This document shows, one piece after another, positions 57,201 to 64,000 of a DNA stretch of 64,000 nt. The position numbers were made by a program, and so were the translations under genes. How positions within the stretch are numbered: the stretch's first letter is position 1; each line of letters starts with the position of its first letter. A model generated the notes under the pieces. That model did not search any database. It saw nothing but the letters and a program-made list of their open reading frames with translations, and was not told the DNA's origin. The stretch comes from Lingula anatina (lineage: Eukaryota; Animalia; Brachiopoda): the NCBI GenBank assembly GCA_051362555.1, contig CM120640.1:71278788-71342787 (forward strand). The letters run 5' to 3'.

Positions 57201-58740
57201 CTCTGCCGCTGTCCAATACTTTCCTCAGCTGCTCCAAATTCCCCTGCAATGACGCCAGGTGGAGAAGCTGGTCAGAGGGTGTCTCCTTCTGTAAAATGTA
57301 AATCATGGCAAAGTTATATCTCTTTATTTATTAGTATGATGTACAGAGCTGAAGATTTTCAAATACTAGTAGAGTGACTCACCAAAAGTGACTGTTATAA
57401 ATAGCAACATGATCAGCACCATGCTGGTAACACAGCTAGCTGTTACAGCTTAAATGGGGCATACACCTGTACATGTGTCCTGCCAAAATACAGGTACACA
57501 TACATTTCAGCTGTGTACTTTACTGATAACTACCTAATAAAATGAAACTTCATTCCAATTCATTTTAAAAGCAAAAAAGGTCATCATTTGAAATTAAGTT
57601 AGTAGGTAAAGCATATATTTGGGAGACATGATCACCTAGAAGATATTATTATGATGACAATGTTTTCAGTGTACAGCAGGCTTTGACTGCACAATCTCTT
57701 TATGTCACCTCTCATTTTTTACAGCGACTTTTTACTTCTACTGGTTCTCAGTGGTCTTTAATACTACCTGGGTTCTTATCTTGAAAATGGCTTGTGTGTT
57801 AGAGGGTATCCTGTTTTGGCAAATTAAGCCAAAATTATTGTCTTTCTTTTGTATAATTGCCAGCATTGTCTTTTAAAAAGTTAACTGGTGCCAATGACAT
57901 GACATATGATCTGAATTCCCAAAGATAGAGTCAGGTCTTTTTGAAACTGCCTTTTCCTCATCACTTCCAATGACCAGCTTTGGGGTGGTTGGGGTAATTT
58001 CCAGAAATTAATGACAAAAAAATTGACAGAAGTCTTTCAGTTGGATTGTTCATGTGCTGGTATATGTATTAGAATGGGTGCAAAAAAAAGTGGATGCTCT
58101 TGGGTAATTGTCATTACTAAACCCAAGTGTTTGTTCACCAAAGATGTAATGTGTAATGGCCCTAGAGTTTAATGTTTTATCCACACACAAAACTGTGGCT
58201 ACGGAGTTGGGTCCCAGCACAAAAAAAATCTCTTACAGAATGACACATGGGGACTTGATGTGGGAAAGTACCACAATTAGATCTGAAGGTTGGGGCTTAG
58301 GAGGACGACCCAAATGTGCAATAAGGACTCTCTTTCTGTATGACAGTGAACCACTTAATAAACACCTAACATGGTGTGAGGAGACGGTGTGCGTGTCCTT
58401 TGAGTGGAGAGTTTCAAAAATTAACTTTGACTTATAGAACGACTCTCACCCGTCAGCCATGTCCCATAAGTGGTTAATTTGACATATTTACATGTATACA
58501 CATACATATAGCTACATGCCGTTAATGGATTGAATACAACACTACAGTCGCGTGCGTGTAAACCTGCGAGTATTTGACAGCAATACTATCGGTAGACAAA
58601 ACGTGAACGAAGACGACAAACAATTCTCTGTATTAATGCGTTATCATAAAGCAATGGTTTTGCCATGCAACTTCCATAAAAAGCGCTGGGAAAAACTCAC
58701 TATTTCATGAAGATGATAATTAACATACCTTCAACGACAT
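54254..58740 (-). CDS. ANKRD29: Ankyrin repeat domain-containing protein 29, 322 aa
   Basis: Exons 58729-58740, 57178-57288, 56425-56523, 55854-55952, 55416-55613, 55176-55274, 54818-54913, 54554-54652, 54254-54409, all phase 0 and mostly 99 nt (one ankyrin repeat each). MSLKKETP..., SGRVHVDCKD and TGTCALFFAAQGG match ANKRD29. Confidence 0.92.
55021..55187 (-). repeat. About 24 bp tandem array (about 7 copies) containing the ANKRD29 exon-6 donor
   Basis: Minus-strand unit ttgtgttagagaa|gtaagtttaga. Intact GT donors at 55175, 55151, 55102 and 55054. Confidence 0.85.
55797..55871 (-). repeat. 22 bp tandem array (about 3.4 copies) containing the ANKRD29 exon-4 donor
   Basis: Minus-strand unit gttgacctgcccagctat|gtaa. 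Donors at 55853 and 55809, and the middle copy is mutated. Confidence 0.85.
56607..57072. mobile_element. 466 bp MITE with about 108 bp TIRs and a 9 bp TSD (Mutator-like) in ANKRD29 intron 2
   Basis: TIR taccctctaccagggcgagtgatagattttttacagatattcacagatatgtctctagctagatagat... is mirrored at the right end. gtaatctac is duplicated at 56598-56606 and 57073-57081. Confidence 0.9.
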
Positions 58741-59066
58741 CCTCCACCTTTGCTGAAGAGAAATACGATACGATCTGACCGAGTTTCCTTTTGCAGATAT
58801 GGATTGCCAAATTCTTCACAGCAATTACGTACCAAAAATAGCATGATTTAATAGCAGTTAATGTACTTTCATCACTTTCTTTTTAAGCATTTCATATTTG
58901 ACAATAACTGATATGACAAAAATATATATTCGTTCAAATTTATGGCATAATATTTAACTTGAGTAAAGGGAATGAAAGATTATTTTATGGGGGACTACTC
59001 AAGTGACTTTGCTCGCAGTGAATTGTGGGACGGCCTTTTCCGGTAGGCATCCATTTTGTTCGAAAG
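58741..59066. promoter_or_regulatory. Bidirectional promoter for ANKRD29/RPS21, with the RPS21 5' TOP non-coding exon
   Basis: Pyrimidine tract CCTTTTCC at 59034-59041, YY1-like CCATTTTG, donor AAG|gtagat after 59066, acceptor ending at 59185. Confidence 0.7.
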
Positions 59067-59203
59067 GTAGATGATAATTGCTACATTAAATAAACAAATC
59101 CTCAACTTGACCATCATTTTTTGACGATAAAAGAATATCACGTAGCTCCATGAATGTTCAATTGTTCTCTGTCTTACGTCTCTAGGTTGAATACAACACC
59201 ACC

Positions 59204-60981
59204 ATGCAGAACGAAGCAGGAGAATACGTGGACATGTATGTTCCTCGCAAATGGTAAGAGAACGTGCAAAACACGTGTTCACTCCTAATAATAAGAAATG
59301 ACCAATTGAAATAATAATAATAAACAGTGTTCTTATTTTAACTGCTGAATTTTAAAATGGGGTTTATTCTAAAATTTATTTTTACTGTGCGTTATTATGT
59401 TAATGGCCCTACAACTAACCAGCCAGACGGATACTGCTGTGTTCAGGCGTTGTAAACAGATGAGGCGTTTACTAACACTACTCCCAGATCTTTTAGCCCA
59501 AACGCCCATATTAACCACCAAACCCACAAATTAACCAGCACACCGTACAATTATTTAGCAGCAACAAAGCGATACAAAGCAATAACATTTATTTGCTCTG
59601 GTGGTGCTGGTTAATTTGTGGGTTAGGTGGTTAATACAGGTGTTAGTGCTAATAGAGTTGTGGATAGTGCTAGTAATTAATGCCCAATTTGTTTATAAGG
59701 CCTGGTCTTGCTCGCCAGTTTTATCTACTATTCTAGGGCCTAATATCTCTTCACAGCGATTGATACAGTTTAAATTTTTTTATCATGATCTTTTCAGTTC
59801 TGCGAGCAATAGAATCATTGCTGCTAAAGACCATGCCTCCATCCAGATCAACCTAGCTGAGGTAGGTGTGATGTATACAGGTGGTTCAGTAGGGATTTTG
59901 GCTTTTGGTGCAAACTAACTTTGATAAAGATATTTGATTGACATTAGCAGGCAAAGGCAAACTTCCACCTTTTTCCAGATCTTTATTTTTGACTTTCTGA
60001 CTAAAAGGGTGATTGTTGAGATTCTCTGAAAATGGCTGCCAAGTTCTAATCAGCTAGGTGGAGATAAATGGATTTCACGAATTAAGATAATGTTTGAAAA
60101 TATATTTTTAAAGGATGATATTAAATAAATACCAATTTTATCATTTTAAATAAATAGAGAAATCATTTTTAAACATTTGCCTTCAGTCGACATTTTGAGC
60201 CTTCATTAAAGTGCTACTTTTCAGTTAAAATATTAAGATATCTTTATCCAATGTTGTTTAGGTTGATGAAAACACAGGTCGTATGACTGGCTCCAACAGG
60301 ACGTACGCCATCTGCGGCCAGATTAGAAGAATGGTGAGCAATGTTTTTGATTGATCCATGAAAACTAGAAATTAAACGTTTGTAAACATGCATTTCTTTG
60401 GGATTAATAGAGTTTTGTCATACTCCTGGTATTTAACTACATATGGCTTAGAAAGCAATATGGTGGCATGTGTACAGTCTGACATGATAAATGAAAACGG
60501 TAGCTTGAAAATGAAAAGGAAATATTGTGTTCATTAGTACACTTTTTGCTGGGAATTTTTTGATAGATGCATCTTTTTTCAATTCATTTTATTTATTCCT
60601 TTTATTATATAATGTTATTGTTATTATTATTTTGCTACCAGGGTGAATCAGATGACAGCATTGCAAGGCTGGCAAAGAAGGATGGTATCATTCCAAAGTG
60701 AGTATTGTATAACACAGATGCAGGGCAACCCTATGTAGTCAAGTCTTGATTTATACAATTTCAGATTCTCGAGTTCATTTGTAGTCTTTGCAGAAATAAG
60801 TGTTGTTTTACAAACACCATTTAAAATGTCCTTACCAACTGCAGGTGGCGACTTTTGTGAATTTTGCCCAAAATCTTCTGGTATCCCTCGGCGATTTTAA
60901 CATAATGCCTGCTATAAGATCTGTTTTGTTGTATACTTATTTGACATCAACTTATTTCTCTTATGTTTCAGGAACTATTGA
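59204..60981 (+). CDS. RPS21: 40S ribosomal protein S21 (eS21), 83 aa
   Basis: Exons 59204-59253, 59798-59861, 60262-60333, 60642-60697, 60972-60981 give [89 protein letters not shown] at 61064. Confidence 0.98.
59509..59636. other. About 35 bp inverted repeat in an RPS21 intron
   Basis: tattaaccaccaaacccacaaattaaccagcacacc pairs with ggtggtgctggttaatttgtgggttaggtggttaata. Confidence 0.85.
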
Positions 60982-62072
60982 CATTATTTCAAGACCCTAG
61001 TTAAGATTCACATAAAGGAGGAAGATGAAGAAAACAAACTTTGCATTTTCTACATGAATATTGAATAAAAGTGGAAAACTATAAATTGGCTTTATAATGT
61101 GTTTTCTAACTATAAAATCTCTTGATATACGTGGAAAGATACAAGACACTTTCATGAATATAAAAGCATAAATAAGGGGGAAGTTGCTACGGACCATTTA
61201 TTAACAAGACTCAAGTAAATGAGGTTTTTATTTGCGCCATTATTTCAAGGCGAACCTATTCTCTTTGATAACAAAAACGCTTGCTGTGTGAGAGAGAAAT
61301 TAGAGATAAAGCCGATATGACAGGAATGGTTGTCCGTTCCACAGTACTTTGTACAAGTGACATTCGTCCCATAATATATTAGAATCAATACTCCGACTAT
61401 CCCTAACCTGTACTAATCGTATGGCACACCGGACTTCATCCCTAGGACTGCCATTCCTGTTACACCGGTTTTGAATTGACTGGTTGGCATTGTCCATGAG
61501 GAGTGTACTACAGAAGCGTGAGGTTGCACTCAGAGATTTTTCACAAATGAAGTTAAATGGGAAGAAGGGGGGGGGGGCAGAGAGAGACCTCGTTGAGCAC
61601 GTGCTGCGTTAGCATAAAAATAATTTGGATATCTGTCCAATTGGTAGCTGTGGAGGCACTGTTGTGTCAAAAAATCGTACTCTTAAAAAGTAGGTTATCT
61701 GAATCATTGCAAAACATACATATAACGTTTGCAGACTAAGTTTAACTATAGCATTATTTGTTGGAGTACTGCTTTATGTAATTCAAGTTGTCACCTTATT
61801 GGCGGATATTTCTAAGCCAAACTGCCAACAAAAGGCCCCAAAAGCCGGCTGTGTAAAATCCCATTTTCAGACAAAAAGAACGCATTTTTTAAATCGCTGC
61901 AATTCCTGTCACTTTTGGTTTGGGGGGTGCTCTATTGTTTGACTGTGTTATTGGACTCAAAAATGTGTAAACGCCGAAAAAGTTGGCCTGAGGATTGGAA
62001 ATGGATGTAGGGTTCATATAAAACTGGCGGATCTCAAAAATGAAATTATTCTGCCCCCAAAAGACTCCCAAA

Positions 62073-62299
62073 ACTTGCACCCCATTTCCATAGATTAGAT
62101 TGACCTACTTTAGATCGACCTAACTCCCTGGGGGTTCACGCTAAATAGCTGTCAGCCGAGCGGACACGAAAGTTAATTACCCCCTTTACAGCTTGTAGTA
62201 GGCGGTACGGACATTTAAGTCGGATTATCTGAAAGTAATTTAGTGAGACTCCCCGCGGGGATAGATCGATCTAAAATCTATGGGAATAGAGCCCAAGTG
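62073..62299. mobile_element. Degenerate MITE
   Basis: acttgcaccccatttccatagatt...tttagatcgaccta pairs imperfectly with tagatcgatctaaaatctatgggaatagagcccaagt. Confidence 0.6.
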
Positions 62300-63271
62300 T
62301 TGCGTTTCTTTTTTCCTTGAGTATACATGATAGCTACTGATGTTTTGTCGTTCGGAGTTAAATTTTTGAAATGATGTCCTGTCTCCTCCGATAAATGAAA
62401 TAACTATGCATATCATTTAAATGGAGAACTATCTCTTTCTATAAATCAAAACTTGCAGAAAAATAGCTTTACTATGTAACCCGGTTTGGAAACGTTATGT
62501 GAAATTCAATTACACCGAGATTTTAATTTCACCGAGTCGGAGAGAACAAACGTCCAGGGAAAATCAAAATATTATATCGTCTACATACACAGTTTTACAG
62601 CTGTTACTTATAATCGACCTTTAGTAGACCATGAAAAGTAATTGTGTATGAAGTCTTGGTGACGGCTGTGACTTCTGTCACCGTTCTGTTTTGACAGGGT
62701 TCAACACTCGGTCACCAGGAGGTAGAGCGGCCAGCAAATAATGACCATCCGGTACTGTAATCCGGTGTCACACACTGTGACGACATTCGTCGTAATCCTT
62801 GTCCGCCAGCAATGGCTTAAACTATCGTGAACATATTCATGTGTGTATCAAATCCTCTCTGCATACAAAGGTTGTTATGTTAGACCATAAAAGCATTTAG
62901 AAGAACATCAAAAACTTTCACCTTGGGATCAGCTTGTCTTTTATGAAACACCTTTCAGACAAATAATCCGACTTAATAAGTCAACAGTAACCAAGACTGT
63001 TCAGCGGGGAGCTAGCATGGGGGTTTTGTAAAACACACATAATATGTTGAATAGGGCGGAATAATAAACTGTTCGTGGTATTTATTTTTCGCCTTTATAG
63101 AACTTTGTTGTAAACTGGCTAAGACGGGCTAGGTTAGTTACCTGTGAGTACAGCCGGTACCAGTGGAGTTATATGTGTAGTAGAGGGTTTACAACACCCC
63201 AGCTAAGACACAAGAACTGAGGTTTATTTCAGATATTAATTTGATACAGCTGATGTGCTGATGGTGGAACC

Positions 63272-63286
63272 ATGGCCGCCGAGCAG
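63272..63286 (+). CDS. Probable first coding exon (MAAEQ) of a gene continuing beyond the window
   Basis: Acceptor tttatttcag ending at 63232, Kozak context accATGG, donor CAG|gtaaaa. Confidence 0.4.
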
Positions 63287-64000
63287 GTAAAAAAATATTT
63301 TTGTTATTTTATTCACCTTCACTCTGCGCTGTCCAGATCATGGGGAGGTTTTGATAACACTAATTTGGTTTTCTGGAGGTCACTTCATATGAAAACACTT
63401 GCTTACACCAAGGACCCAATAAATGTGTCCTTAATTGTTTTTTTTATTATTTCGCACGCTTTATTTTCCTCTGATGCAGAAGTTTTACACAGATGGATTC
63501 AAACAAGTATATTTTAGCTGATAATGCGTAAACACAGTAAAAGAGGTTTAAAAGAAAAATAAAACGATCACAGCTGATAACATGCTTCAGAATTTTCTGA
63601 AGTAAGTTTCGTCAAAATTTTAAATAATACCGTTCTCTTAATTTACAGCTAACATCCCATACTTAGAAACTTAAAACTTGTAACTGAAAATGTTTCACTA
63701 AAAAAAACTGGTTGCCCTTCCGACTGCTCTGTAATTCTGTAGATAATTCTTTAAATTAATGGTTTTGTTAAAGTGAATATAGTGACGCCCTACAGAGGAG
63801 AGAGAGGAGCGCGGTATCACATCCAGTGGTTGGCGCAGTGCTTCAAAAGGCTTCCAGAAAATACGACATAAGGGGTAAAAACAAAGGAGAAAAATAGGAC
63901 TTTTTGTGGTAAATTATAGCAAATAATAATATAAATAGAAATAGAAAAAAATAATGATTTTATATCTAAGATGCCTTTCCAACAACCCCTAAGCCATTCT

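Noticed and set aside
59862-60971. Intronic snoRNAs in RPS21
   Set aside because: No convincing C/D box pair with a terminal stem and no H/ACA architecture by eye. An Rfam or snoscan search is needed.

Overview
This window is intron-rich, AT-rich animal genomic DNA, not prokaryotic. It is probably from a lophotrochozoan invertebrate such as a mollusc (inference). Nine complete genes can be spliced by hand with consistent phases, in this order: CBARP/BARP-like (+), an uncharacterised ORF (-), WDR18 (-), RNF11 (-), FANCC-like (+), an HSF-domain protein (-), an uncharacterised coiled-coil ORF (+), ANKRD29 (-) and RPS21 (+). The probable first coding exon of a further gene lies near the right edge. 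Several MITEs or non-autonomous DNA transposons, minisatellites and microsatellites are also present. The most unusual signal is tandem duplication of exon-intron boundaries. At six boundaries in three genes (FANCC, ANKRD29, RNF11), the splice site plus adjacent exon sequence is tandemly amplified through short microhomologies, up to 19 acceptors and 8 donors in FANCC. Nearly all of the extra sites would lead to premature stops. Gene names come from my recollection of human protein motifs, not from a database search.
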